Positions 9,804-19,776 of a stretch of DNA of 64,000 nucleotides are shown piece by piece. The translations under genes were made by a program, and so were the position numbers. The DNA comes from Pseudomonadota bacterium (GTDB taxonomy: Bacteria > Bdellovibrionota_B > Oligoflexia > Silvanigrellales > Silvanigrellaceae): positions 1 to 64,000 of the forward strand of contig JBDLRP010000019.1 in NCBI GenBank assembly GCA_039799905.1. The letters are read 5' to 3'. Every line of letters starts with the position of its first letter. Within the stretch, counting starts at the first letter, position 1. Below the pieces are notes generated by a model. It was not told where the DNA came from. It saw nothing but the letters and a program-made list of their open reading frames with translations, and did not search any database.

Positions 9804-9916
9804 ACTCGAGGCATCACGGTAAGACCATTTTTGTTTGCCACTGGGACGCTCCCCAGCAGAGCAAAGCTCACATTCGGCGCTGAGGCTTCCTATGAAGAGT
9901 TTTTTTTCAGAAACTC

Positions 9917-9943
9917 TTCAGATTTTTTTGGGACTGTCGATAA
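9917..9943 (+). promoter_or_regulatory. Putative sigma28/FliA-type promoter
   Basis: TTCAGATT-N11-GTCGATAA about 40 bp upstream of the ATG at 9986. Confidence 0.45.
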
Positions 9944-9985
9944 CTTACGAAATGCTTGGGAACGTTGAACGGGAGGACTTAAGCT

Positions 9986-10885
9986 ATGTTTCGTCTGAAG
10001 AGTTCCGCACTCTGTATTGTTTCTGGATTATTCGCTGCAGTCGCTTGCGGCCCGACAGGCAACACGAATCTCAACGCAGCAAATACGAATGCGATCGAGC
10101 TCACAAATGGTGAAGACGACGCTGCTCCTCTGGGGCTTGCGGGCGTGGGAGACCGTGTGTGTCGTCTGAATTTTGCTTTCTTGAGTAAAGATGCCGCGGG
10201 CATGCATACCGTTTTGGGTGAATTCACGCATACCGATGGAGTCAAGCGAACAGGATATGGCGCAGGCTGCTTGCAGTTTTGTGCTGCCTCTTTCGAGGAA
10301 CTACGGAAGGTCAATGAGCCAAACGGCAAACACGTATTCGTAAAGTCGTGCCAATTTGCTGAATTTGATGCACCTGCCGGTGCAGAGCCGGCTCCGGCAG
10401 TGGGTGCAGCCCCAGCTCCTGCAGACCAAGCTACTGCCGGTGGTGCCGCTCCCGCTCCTGCAGACCAAGCTGCCGCCGGTGGTGCGGCTCCCGCTCCCGT
10501 TGCAGCACCTGCACCAGCCCCAGCGCCGGCAGGTGTTGGTGGATATCCAATGCCTAAGCCCGCGCCAGTTCAGACGAAACAGGATGAAAAACGCTGTAAG
10601 ATTGAGGCAGGGAGTGGCGAAGTGCTGTTCTCGGAGCGGCTCACCCGTCTGAACTGTGCGAGTGAATGTCAGAAACGGGATCAGACAAATCCGCAGCGCG
10701 AGTGTGAATGGGGTAGCGAAAAATTAAGAGCACACCCCAAAAACGTTTGCAGCATCGTCGGCGGAGCCGGCAAGAAGCTTTATCGTGAATCGACAATCCG
10801 CTTCGTTTGTCGCATGGAGTGCAAAGCTCGTGAGCAGAGCAATCCCAACAGAAGCTGTTTGTGGGGCGCCGAGAATGTGAAATAG
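9986..10885 (+). CDS. Cys-rich repeat lipoprotein with a Pro/Ala linker
   Basis: Lipobox AVAC and GGGAGG RBS. One N-terminal and two C-terminal 4-Cys modules flank an AP-rich spacer. Confidence 0.75.
   Translation: MFRLKSSALCIVSGLFAAVACGPTGNTNLNAANTNAIELTNGEDDAAPLGLAGVGDRVCRLNFAFLSKDAAGMHTVLGEFTHTDGVKRTGYGAGCLQFCAASFEELRKVNEPNGKHVFVKSCQFAEFDAPAGAEPAPAVGAAPAPADQATAGGAAPAPADQAAAGGAAPAPVAAPAPAPAPAGVGGYPMPKPAPVQTKQDEKRCKIEAGSGEVLFSERLTRLNCASECQKRDQTNPQRECEWGSEKLRAHPKNVCSIVGGAGKKLYRESTIRFVCRMECKAREQSNPNRSCLWGAENVK
10415..10492 (+). repeat. 39-bp tandem direct repeat (2 copies) within the CDS
   Basis: GCTCCTGCAGACCAAGCT(A/G)C(T/C)GCCGGTGGTGC(C/G)GCTCCC x2, encoding APADQA(T/A)AGGAAP. Confidence 0.9.
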
Positions 10886-10903
10886 CGCTGAGAGATTCGG
10901 CTG

Positions 10904-10949
10904 AAAAAAATGAATCCCCCGATTCCAAGTGAGTCGGGGTTTTCTTTTT
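10904..10949. terminator. Probable bidirectional intrinsic terminator
   Basis: CCCCGATTC-caagt-GAGTCGGGG hairpin with an upstream A-tract and a downstream T-tract, between convergent genes. Confidence 0.7.
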
Positions 10950-12685
10950 CAACCCTGTTGCGCATCCATGAATGACTGAAGCTCGAGCTGGGAATAGCGG
11001 ATGAACCGGTGTTCACTGCGGCGGACTATGACTTTTCCAACAGGCAGATCTTTGCGCTTGTCGAGGTCGCCGCGCAGGGCAATGTAGACGTCGGATTCCT
11101 GTGCGCGCGTTTGTTTTGAATAGTGGATGGCAAGCATTGCAGCTTCTTTCAGGGCTATGTCCGATGGCTTTGCTCCCTTGGGCTTTTCCAGCCACACGTG
11201 GCTGCCTTCACCTGTCATGACGTGCACCCAAGTGTGGTGCGAGGGCATGAGTTTGAGCATGGCATCAGCGTCTGCCGCGGATTTTGAGACACGGATGAAT
11301 TCGCCGGAGCTAGATTTGAATGAGCGGTAGGGCAGGCGGCGCTCACGTTCGGCTTCGAGCGCTGCACTGCGTTCACCGGATGGTGTCCAAGTTGTTTCAA
11401 GCTGCGTGAGGATGCGCTGAACGGTGACTAGATGCTGAACTTCACGCGCGAGTGCGAGGGCAGAGCTGCGCACATCGTCTGCAAGCGCAACAATGTCCTG
11501 GCCAGCGGCAATCAATTGCTCCTGAAAGCGATCGAGCGAAAGCTGGCTTTCACTCACGCGCTTTTCGAGTTCGGCGCGTCGGCGTGCCAGTTTGTCCAGT
11601 TCGTCGAAGGCTGCTGAAACCAAATCACCTGCAGATTGCTTGGGCTTCAGTGTGAGAATCGCCGGAAGTCCGGCCGATTCGATAATGTCGGGCGGGACGT
11701 GCCATTGCGGAAAATCTTTCGGCCACATGTAAATGTGAGCTCGCAAACCTTCTGCTCTGCGTTTGAGTTGTGCGAGTTGAGAATCAGATGGCAAGTCCGC
11801 TTTTTGTCTTTGCAAACGTCGTTCAAGAAACTGCAGACGCGTGCGTGCAGCGCGACGGACGTGGGTTGGCAGTAAATTGAGCGCAGCCTGAAGAGACAGA
11901 GTATTTTCCACAGCAGGAGATTGCTGTGGCAGATGAATTTGCTCGCTGGCGGCAGGTTGGGACGATGGCAGGGAAAGGCTTTCGCCAGACTGATGAGCTG
12001 CGGCCGTTTGTGGAGAATTGTCGATGGTATGCGGCGCAGCCGGCTGGGCCTCGTATGCCATCATGCAAGAGAACACGAGAGGATGAGTGAACGTTGCACG
12101 ACGTTTCGTCTTTGTATTTTCAAGAGACCATTCACAGTGGCTCTCAAAAAAATCGCCGCCGTCCTCAAAGCCACTGCATTGGTCCGCATAGCGTTGCGGC
12201 ACGTGCGGAAGTTTGGTGGCCACACAGACGCGTGCCGGACGCGAATCGAGATCGACGATGAGGCAATTGGGCGAATCTTCGGTCCATGTGTTCTCTTCAA
12301 GTAGCTTTCCACTCGGAGGAGCAAACTCGATGATGACGGCCACCGGCTCGGTGCTGAGCAGAACTTGCTGTATTCTGCGGCCCTGAAGGTATTTACGCGC
12401 AACCTGAACAATCGAATTGGGTTTAGGCTGGCTGACGGGCCTTGCGCTTCCCAGACTCACACCCGACCCTGTGCGCTGGATGCTGATGAGCGCCGGATCG
12501 CGCGGAGCATTTGGTTTGTAGAGATTGAGAACGAGAAAGCCTTCATCGGAAGCGGATATCTTTTGGACAGTCGAGTTGCGCAGCCGTTCGAAGACAGGGG
12601 CCAATTTTTTGTTCCACAGGCCCAACCGAGCCCACTGCGGGCCGAGTTCCTGAAAAAAGCGCGGTATGGAAGTTTGACTCTGCAT
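10949..12685 (-). CDS. NFACT family protein (RqcH/FbpA-like) with a C-terminal NFACT-R domain
   Basis: N-terminal ARKYLQGRRI and a central coiled coil. C-terminal WVHV...GSHVWL...EAAMLAIHYSK...VGKV is NFACT-R/DUF814-like. Start could be as far upstream as 12790. Confidence 0.75.
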   Translation of the reverse strand: MQSQTSIPRFFQELGPQWARLGLWNKKLAPVFERLRNSTVQKISASDEGFLVLNLYKPNAPRDPALISIQRTGSGVSLGSARPVSQPKPNSIVQVARKYLQGRRIQQVLLSTEPVAVIIEFAPPSGKLLEENTWTEDSPNCLIVDLDSRPARVCVATKLPHVPQRYADQCSGFEDGGDFFESHCEWSLENTKTKRRATFTHPLVFSCMMAYEAQPAAPHTIDNSPQTAAAHQSGESLSLPSSQPAASEQIHLPQQSPAVENTLSLQAALNLLPTHVRRAARTRLQFLERRLQRQKADLPSDSQLAQLKRRAEGLRAHIYMWPKDFPQWHVPPDIIESAGLPAILTLKPKQSAGDLVSAAFDELDKLARRRAELEKRVSESQLSLDRFQEQLIAAGQDIVALADDVRSSALALAREVQHLVTVQRILTQLETTWTPSGERSAALEAERERRLPYRSFKSSSGEFIRVSKSAADADAMLKLMPSHHTWVHVMTGEGSHVWLEKPKGAKPSDIALKEAAMLAIHYSKQTRAQESDVYIALRGDLDKRKDLPVGKVIVRRSEHRFIRYSQLELQSFMDAQQG

Positions 12686-12811
12686 ATTGGGATCCGATTG
12701 ATGGTCTGAACAAACTGTCGCGGCGAACCTATCATCTTTTGACTCGCGGACAAGGGCACAGTACCCTCCAGCCAACAATTTCTTTCTCAATTATGAGAGG
12801 TTCTGCCGCCG

Positions 12812-14155
12812 ATGGATTGGCTCGGACTTTCACTCAGCGCGAACCGGCGGCTCCGGTTTGGCACCATCAGGGTCTTTCTCCTGCTGCCGGTGTGTTTTTT
12901 TCTGCCGGCGTCATTGGCGAATGCAGAAAACGCAGTCTCAATAGGAAAGGAAAGCGAGCTCGACTTTTCTGCTGTGATGCAACGCGTGCGAGCTGCATCG
13001 CTTGCGCTGCAGCGTAATGAAAAACTCATCGAATCGGCATCCGCAAACGAGTCCGCTGTGAAGAGCCAGGCAGGCGCCAGCCTTCAGTTGAATCAATCCT
13101 TGACTGGTTATTACGTCAGTCCCTTCAAACAGCAGCACTCGCTGTCGGTAGGGGGAACGCTGTGGGATTTTGGCCGGCAGGCTGCTCAAGAGCTCAAGGC
13201 CGCGTCGCAGCGTCTCGTCGCAGAGGCGCAATCGGCTGAGGCCGAAGAAATTCTGAGAGTGCGGACGGCACGTCTTTTTGCCGCGGTATGTTCTTCTGAA
13301 GCTGTGCTCTCGATTGCTCAAGAACAGCTGCGCAATGCTGAGAGCAAACTCAAAACGGTAACAGCGGCGTACCAGCGGGGAGAGCGTCCGCAATCTGATG
13401 TCATCAAGCTCAAGATTGAATTGGGCAAGGCTCAGTTGTTTGTCAGAAAATCACAAGATGAATCGTCGCTTTTGAAGACGCAGTTGCTGTTGTCGTCCGA
13501 TTTGAAACCGCTGCCTGCCGAATCGCTTGCTTCAACACGCTTGCGCTGTTTGCCGCAACGCACTGTTGCTCAGTGGAAGTCATTGTTGAATGAGTTTTCG
13601 CACGACTTCAAGGATGCCGCTGTTTTTGTGCGTCTCAATGCTGCCAAGATTTCGCTTGAGGCAGAGTTGAGTGCACTGCAGAGTGATTCTTATCCGCTCG
13701 TGAACGCAAGTGCAGGAGTGCAGGCCAGCGGACAGCTGTTTCCGCTGAAACCCGACCTGACGGCGCAAGTGAATTTGCAGTATTCCCTTCCGCTCAGTTC
13801 GCTGCGTGATCAGCGCAGGACAGCCGTACTGGCCAAAGTTCGTGAAAATCTTCTGAACCGCGATGAGGAAATGAAAATCCGGGCCGAAAGGCTTCAACAA
13901 AGCAAGCTCCGCGCAGATGGTGTGCTGCAGCAAAAGGAACTGAACAAGTCGCAGATCGAATTGTTGCTTGAGTATCAAAAGCTTGTCAGAACACGTTATT
14001 TTGCAGGCCGTGCCTCACTGCTGGAATTGACCGGCACCGAGGATGAGCTGTTGGCCAACAGACTCGAACTGACACGATTGGAGCTGGCTCTTTTTGTCGC
14101 TGCAATCGATGCTTCGGAAGCAGGTGGAGGAAAGAATCTTGAGAAAATATTCTAG
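12812..14155 (+). CDS. TolC-family outer membrane efflux protein
   Basis: Signal peptide (ANA), two helical OEP repeats (LWDFGR, YQRGE, RYFAGRASLLEL), first gene of an RND operon. Confidence 0.85.
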   Translation: MDWLGLSLSANRRLRFGTIRVFLLLPVCFFLPASLANAENAVSIGKESELDFSAVMQRVRAASLALQRNEKLIESASANESAVKSQAGASLQLNQSLTGYYVSPFKQQHSLSVGGTLWDFGRQAAQELKAASQRLVAEAQSAEAEEILRVRTARLFAAVCSSEAVLSIAQEQLRNAESKLKTVTAAYQRGERPQSDVIKLKIELGKAQLFVRKSQDESSLLKTQLLLSSDLKPLPAESLASTRLRCLPQRTVAQWKSLLNEFSHDFKDAAVFVRLNAAKISLEAELSALQSDSYPLVNASAGVQASGQLFPLKPDLTAQVNLQYSLPLSSLRDQRRTAVLAKVRENLLNRDEEMKIRAERLQQSKLRADGVLQQKELNKSQIELLLEYQKLVRTRYFAGRASLLELTGTEDELLANRLELTRLELALFVAAIDASEAGGGKNLEKIF

Positions 14156-15059
14156 AAGTCTTCAGTCCGTGTTTTCATGGACAGTTGTCTCGTTTTTTCT
14201 GACTCACACCGCCATTGCGCAAAATAAAAAAGGCGGTCGCCCTGAACGTGGTCCGGCGGTGGTCAAAACGGTTTCAGCACAAAAGCGCAGCGCAGCGCGT
14301 ACATCGGAATCTGCCGTTGCGCTGGTCGGCCGCAAGCAGACCAACGTCTATTCAAAAGTCGCAGGTCGCATCACGGGAATTGCTGTTGCAGAAGGTCAGC
14401 CTGTGCGGGCCGGCCAAACACTGTTTCGTGTCGATCGAAGCGAGCCGGGCGAATCATATTTGTCGGTTCCGGTCACGAGTCCGATTGGCGGTTGGATTGG
14501 CCGCTGGAATGTCACTGAAGGCACTCAGGTGTCCACTCAGGATGCTGTTGTTCTTGTTGTCGACGACCAAAAGCTCATTGCCAACATTTATCTTCCTGTT
14601 CAGGAGTGGGTCCAGGTCAGGCTCAATTCCAAGGTGACCATCAAGGTCGATGCGCTCATGCGACCTGCAAAGGTTCTTACTATTGCGCGTGCGGCCGAGG
14701 CCGGCAGCGGACGTGGCGGACTGACGGTGGAGCTCAACAACGAAGATCATGCATTCAAATCGGGTGTGGTTGCCCTCGCGACACTCGAGCTCGACACACG
14801 CGAGCGATTGCTCCTGCCTGCTTCGGCGCTCAGGATTTCCGATCAGGGTGCTGCCGTTTTTAAGGTGAATGAGGGCAAGGCACAGCGCGTCAAGGTGAGT
14901 TATTCGCTTTTCAACAACGACCTAGTTGAGGTGCACAGCGGCATCAACGAAAACGACCGGATTGTCAGCGTAGGAGCTCATCAGTTGTTTGATGGTGCCG
15001 AGGTGAAGGAAGACAACGCTGTCGAAGTCGATCAACCGCGCGGAGAACGCAGGAAATGA
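14139..15059 (+). CDS. RND efflux periplasmic adaptor (MFP)
   Basis: Lipoyl-like motifs VAGRITGIAVAEGQPVRAGQTLF and VTSPIGG, plus a C-terminal GINENDRIV. TTG start with a GGAGG RBS. Confidence 0.88.
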   Translation: MRKYSRSLQSVFSWTVVSFFLTHTAIAQNKKGGRPERGPAVVKTVSAQKRSAARTSESAVALVGRKQTNVYSKVAGRITGIAVAEGQPVRAGQTLFRVDRSEPGESYLSVPVTSPIGGWIGRWNVTEGTQVSTQDAVVLVVDDQKLIANIYLPVQEWVQVRLNSKVTIKVDALMRPAKVLTIARAAEAGSGRGGLTVELNNEDHAFKSGVVALATLELDTRERLLLPASALRISDQGAAVFKVNEGKAQRVKVSYSLFNNDLVEVHSGINENDRIVSVGAHQLFDGAEVKEDNAVEVDQPRGERRK

Positions 15060-18000
15060 ATATTCCGCGGCTGGCCGTCGAACGGCCTATTTTCATCACA
15101 ATGGTGACGACCTTCCTGCTTGTTCTGGGCTTGTTGGGATTTAGCCGCCTGCCGCTGGATTTATACCCGAGTCTTACATATCCGGTGCTAGCTGTGCGGA
15201 CCGATCTCAAGGGCGCTGCACCGGAAGAAATGGAAAAGCTGGTTTCGCGCCCGATTGAGGATGCGCTCAGCACCGTCTCCGATGTTTCCTCCATCCGCTC
15301 CGTCAGCCGCGAGGGAATGTCCTACGTTATATTGGAATTCAATCAGGGCACCGACATTAAATTTCAGGAAATGCAGGTGCGCGCAAAAGTTGGAAATATC
15401 CGCAAACGCCTGCCCGATGCAGCCAGCGAACCGGTTGTGAACCGGCAGGATCCCGACGACACACCTGTCCTCGAAATTGCCATGACAGGGCGACGGCCGT
15501 CTTCTGAACTTTCCAAACTTGCTGATGATGTTGTTGCGCGCCGCATCCGACAAATCGAAGGCGTGGGTGACGTCAATCTGCGTGGGGCTCAGCGCGAGGA
15601 AATTCAGGTCGAACTTAATCCGGTTGCAATGCAGGTGTGGCGCCTCAACGCAACTGATGTTGTGCAGGGAATTGCGCGCGCCAACCGCAATGAGCCTGTC
15701 GGCAAACTGCAGGGCGAAGAGCGGTCGTGGGTTTTGAGATCGCTGGGAGCCGCAAAGAACCTGCAGGATTTAATGAACACACCGATCGGTCGTTCTGCTG
15801 CGGGAATGCCTTTGCAGCTGAGCGACGTTGCCGAGGTGACTGCTGGCTATGCCGAACGCGAAAACGTCAGCCGGCTTGGCACCAGAGATACTTTCGAACC
15901 TTCGGTTATCTTGGAGATCCTCAAACAGTCAGGTGAAAACACCGTTGCCGTGGTCGATAAAGTCAACGACGTGATGGCTGAGCTGGGCAGTGCACTGCCG
16001 GCCGACGTCGCACTGCACGTGATTCGTGACAACTCTGTGCTGATTCGCTCCAACGTCGCAGACGTGCAGGAGAGTTTGATTATTGCCTGTCTGCTGACCG
16101 TGATTGTCGTTTTGCTTTTCATGCGCAGTCCGCGCAGCACCGTGACGACCGGACTTGCTCTGCCCAGCAGTGTAGTAACCACGTTTGCAATGATGGCATG
16201 GGCCGGATTCTCGATGAACGTGATGACGCTGCTGGCGTTGTCGCTGTCGATCGGATTGTTGGTTGACGACGCGATTGTCGTTCGTGAGAACATCTATCGA
16301 CACCTGCAGGTTGAGGGTGCCGATCCGAAAAAGGCGGCCTTGGAGGGAACCAATGAGGTTCTGCTTGCGGTGGTGGCAACGACCCTCGTTGTGGTTGCCG
16401 TATTTTTGCCTGTCGGTTTCATGAGCGGCGTGACCGGGCAGTTTTTTAAGCCGTTCGCACTCACAGTGGTCTTTGCCATGCTGATTTCCCTTTGGGATGC
16501 GGTTTCGATGGGGCCGATGTTGTCGGCGTACTACGCCAATATTCCACGTCCAGAATTGGAGTGGAAAAGATTCGGTCGCGCAGGCCTGCGGATCAGCGAT
16601 GGGCTTGAACGATTTGAACACAAATTTGATGCGCTCGCTCAACGCTACCGCAGTGTGCTGAACTTTTTACTGATGCGCCCCGCGATAGCCTCTTTGGTTG
16701 CGTTTGTCTCAATCGCCGTTGCCGTGGCTGGATTTTATTTTGTTGAGAAAAGTTTTCTCCCGACGCAACTGGGCACTGCCTTTACAGTTCAACTCGACGG
16801 CCCCCCGTCGGTGCGCTCTGAGAGTGTTGTACCAATGGGCGATATCGTTCACTCGCGTCTGAAAGCAGTGGAGAGCGTTGATTTGTGGACCATCAGCGCT
16901 GGTGTGAATTCGACCGGCGCGGCAAATGTCTCAATCAATGTGCGGGTGTCTCAAAGTTTTTCCAAATCTCAGAAATCACTCGCACGCGCACGCGCCGACG
17001 TCCGAAAGGCACTGTCGGGAATTGCCGGCTACAATGTGCGGGTCAACGAACCGGCCGATCCGCTGTCGAGCGGGGGAGCGCGCTTCCAGCCAGTGGCGGT
17101 TGTTGTGGCGGGCGACAATCAAACTGAACTGATGGAACTTGCCAAGCGTGTGCGCAGCGTTCTGCAGCAGACCCGGGGAATCAGCGACACACAGCCATTT
17201 CAGGAAGACGGCCTTCCGGAAATTTTGTTCAGACCGAATCCTCAGCTGACCGCGCAATATGGAGTGACCAACGACGTTCTGTTGTCCCAGTTGGCTATCT
17301 GGGTGCAGGGTGATGCGAGCAATGATTTGTCATTGGGCGACGAGAAAATCCCCATCCGTGTGCGCTTGAAGGATGCACGCTTTGCTACTCCGCAGATGCT
17401 TGCACACCACGGTATTGTCGTGCGCAACGGGAGTAGTTCGACCATCGTTCCGCTCGGCAATATGTTGAGCATTGAGACGGGATCCGGTGCACCGGCAATC
17501 GTTCGCGAGAACCGCCAGCGTGTCATGCGTGTCGGTGCGAACATCGCTCCGGATGCGGCCTTGGGGACTGTGGTTAAAGACCTGCGGGAGCGGTTGAAGG
17601 ATATACCTCTTTCAGCCGGACAATCGCTGACCGTGCGCGGCCAGAATCAGCAGATGGACGAGTTGTTCACGAACCTTATGTTTGCTTTGGCTCTGGGGCT
17701 CGTCTTTGTTTACATGGTGCTCGCCTCGTTGTTTGAATCATTTGTTCAGCCGCTGACTGTCATGATGGCCATCCCGCTTGCGGCGACAGGCGCGGTGTTG
17801 GCGCTTTTGGCCAGCGGTTTTCCGCTCGACCTTTATGGCGGTATCGGTGTTATTCTGCTTGCTGGAATTTGCGCGAAGAATAGCATTCTCCTCATTGATT
17901 TCGCGATGCAGAAAATCCGCTCCGGCGGGGACGCCGCGCAGGCTATTCTTGAATCTGCGCCGCTGCGTCTGCGTCCGATACTCATGACGTCCGTGGCAAT

Positions 18001-18169
18001 GATCGTCGGCATGTTGCCGGTTGCAACGGGTTGGGGTGCCGGTGGCGCTGCACGTATGCCGCTTGGGATCGCGACCGTCGGCGGTGTTATCAGTTCGACG
18101 GTTCTGACCCTGTTTGTTGTTCCAAATTTGTTTGTCTTCATTGAAAAACGCCGCCGCCGCAAAGCGTAA
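15056..18169 (+). CDS. RND efflux permease (AcrB/MdtB-type)
   Basis: 1037 aa with GLLVDDAIVVRENI, KNSILLIDF and RLRPILMTS. ATGA overlap with the MFP gene. Confidence 0.95.
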   Translation: MNIPRLAVERPIFITMVTTFLLVLGLLGFSRLPLDLYPSLTYPVLAVRTDLKGAAPEEMEKLVSRPIEDALSTVSDVSSIRSVSREGMSYVILEFNQGTDIKFQEMQVRAKVGNIRKRLPDAASEPVVNRQDPDDTPVLEIAMTGRRPSSELSKLADDVVARRIRQIEGVGDVNLRGAQREEIQVELNPVAMQVWRLNATDVVQGIARANRNEPVGKLQGEERSWVLRSLGAAKNLQDLMNTPIGRSAAGMPLQLSDVAEVTAGYAERENVSRLGTRDTFEPSVILEILKQSGENTVAVVDKVNDVMAELGSALPADVALHVIRDNSVLIRSNVADVQESLIIACLLTVIVVLLFMRSPRSTVTTGLALPSSVVTTFAMMAWAGFSMNVMTLLALSLSIGLLVDDAIVVRENIYRHLQVEGADPKKAALEGTNEVLLAVVATTLVVVAVFLPVGFMSGVTGQFFKPFALTVVFAMLISLWDAVSMGPMLSAYYANIPRPELEWKRFGRAGLRISDGLERFEHKFDALAQRYRSVLNFLLMRPAIASLVAFVSIAVAVAGFYFVEKSFLPTQLGTAFTVQLDGPPSVRSESVVPMGDIVHSRLKAVESVDLWTISAGVNSTGAANVSINVRVSQSFSKSQKSLARARADVRKALSGIAGYNVRVNEPADPLSSGGARFQPVAVVVAGDNQTELMELAKRVRSVLQQTRGISDTQPFQEDGLPEILFRPNPQLTAQYGVTNDVLLSQLAIWVQGDASNDLSLGDEKIPIRVRLKDARFATPQMLAHHGIVVRNGSSSTIVPLGNMLSIETGSGAPAIVRENRQRVMRVGANIAPDAALGTVVKDLRERLKDIPLSAGQSLTVRGQNQQMDELFTNLMFALALGLVFVYMVLASLFESFVQPLTVMMAIPLAATGAVLALLASGFPLDLYGGIGVILLAGICAKNSILLIDFAMQKIRSGGDAAQAILESAPLRLRPILMTSVAMIVGMLPVATGWGAGGAARMPLGIATVGGVISSTVLTLFVVPNLFVFIEKRRRRKA

Positions 18170-18349
18170 ATGTGGTTTCGTCAAGTGTGGCGGGCGTTTT
18201 TGTTTAATAGATTAATTACAATTAAAATAGTTATTCAGAGATAAGAAGAATATCTGTGAATTTTACTGTGTCGGACGACTCGTAAAGTTGATCCGCCAGC
18301 GGCGCGCCGTTACCCCTTTGCGCAAATCAATAAAGGGAGAGTGACGGCG

Positions 18350-19708
18350 ATGAAAAGGAATCCGGTTCCATTGCTTTTGCTGTGTGTTTTGTCGGCTGTG
18401 GCGTTGCTTGCGCCGGCGGGTACGGCTCAAAATCAGGGTTCGCCCATCAACTCGGGCGATACTGCGTGGATGATAGCCGCATCGGCGTTGGTATTGTTCA
18501 TGACCCCAGGCCTTTCGTTTTTCTACGGCGGAATGGTTCGCTCGCGCAATGTGATTTCGACCATGCTGCAAAGCTACGTGTGTATGGGGATCATGAGCCT
18601 GTTGTGGGTGTTGGTCGGCTTCAGCTTGTCGTTCGGCGATTCAATCGGTGGCCTGATTGGCAATCCGGCAACATATTTTATGTTCTCGGGTGTCACGGGT
18701 GCGACTGAATCACGTCTTGCGCCGACGATCCCGTTTCTGCTGTTTGCCCTATTTCAGTTGAAGTTTGCAGTCATCACTCCTGCGCTCATCACGGGAGCTT
18801 TTGCAGAGCGGGTCAAGTTCAAAAGCTATATGCTGTTCGTGACGCTCTTCCTTCTGTTTATTTATGCCCCGCTGGCTCACTGGACGTGGCATCCAGATGG
18901 CTTCTTGCGCAAATGGGGTGTTCTTGATTTTGCAGGCGGTACGGTTGTTCACATGTCTGCCGGCTTTGCTGCTCTTGCCGGAGCGCTGTTCCTTGGCCGC
19001 CGCAAAGATCACTCCACAGAAGTCCATACACCCGCGAAGATCCCGTACATCATTCTCGGAACAGGGATGCTCTGGTTTGGTTGGTTTGGATTCAACGCAG
19101 GTTCCGCTCTGGCGGCAAACGATTTGGCCGCGCTGTCGTTCGCAACGACAAACACAGCTTCTGCTGCAGCCGCTCTGGCGTGGATTTTTTATGACATGGC
19201 ACGTGGGCGCAAGCCAACAGCGGTTGGGTTTTGCATTGGTGCGGTGGTTGGTTTGGTCGCCATCACTCCTGCTGCCGGGTTCGTAACGATCGGTGCGAGT
19301 GTTGTGATTGGCGCATTGTCGGCAGTCATCTCCCACGTTGTCGTCGATCTCAAGAGTAAGACTTCGATCGACGACACACTCGATGTGTTCCCATGCCACG
19401 GTATCGGTGGTGTCATGGGCATGATCCTGACGGGCGTCTTTGCAAAAGAAGTAGGCTTGGTAGCAGGTCCGACAACCACCTTTTACAAACATTTGATTGC
19501 CATGGTGCTTGTGGGAAGCTTTTCTTTCTTCGGTGCCTACGTGCTTTACAAGATTGTCGACCTCATTTCGCCATTGCGGGTTTCAGCCGAAGAGGAAGAA
19601 ATTGGCTTGGACTTGAGTCAACATCTGGAGTCGATTGAGTCTTCGGAAAAGGTTGCGCCGATCGTGCCTCAAACAGCCATCAAGCAATCCGCACTTTCCT
19701 TCCTCTGA
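18350..19708 (+). CDS. amt: Ammonium transporter
   Basis: GDTAW, MTPGLSFFYGG, DFAGGTVVH, WFGWFGFNAGS, DDTLDVFPCHG and EEIGLDLSQH. Alternative GTG start at 18341. Confidence 0.97.
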   Translation: MKRNPVPLLLLCVLSAVALLAPAGTAQNQGSPINSGDTAWMIAASALVLFMTPGLSFFYGGMVRSRNVISTMLQSYVCMGIMSLLWVLVGFSLSFGDSIGGLIGNPATYFMFSGVTGATESRLAPTIPFLLFALFQLKFAVITPALITGAFAERVKFKSYMLFVTLFLLFIYAPLAHWTWHPDGFLRKWGVLDFAGGTVVHMSAGFAALAGALFLGRRKDHSTEVHTPAKIPYIILGTGMLWFGWFGFNAGSALAANDLAALSFATTNTASAAAALAWIFYDMARGRKPTAVGFCIGAVVGLVAITPAAGFVTIGASVVIGALSAVISHVVVDLKSKTSIDDTLDVFPCHGIGGVMGMILTGVFAKEVGLVAGPTTTFYKHLIAMVLVGSFSFFGAYVLYKIVDLISPLRVSAEEEEIGLDLSQHLESIESSEKVAPIVPQTAIKQSALSFL

Positions 19709-19776
19709 AACGCCTGGTTCTGGCTGACGCCCCGCGTAGGGGCACGTTCAGCAATCGAATTTGAAAATGGCAGTTG

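Noticed and set aside
12812..18169. RND operon as a heavy-metal (CzcA/CusA) or otherwise novel exporter
   Set aside because: The motifs are those of a generic HAE1/MdtB-like pump. No metal-binding signature or linked biosynthetic genes were seen.
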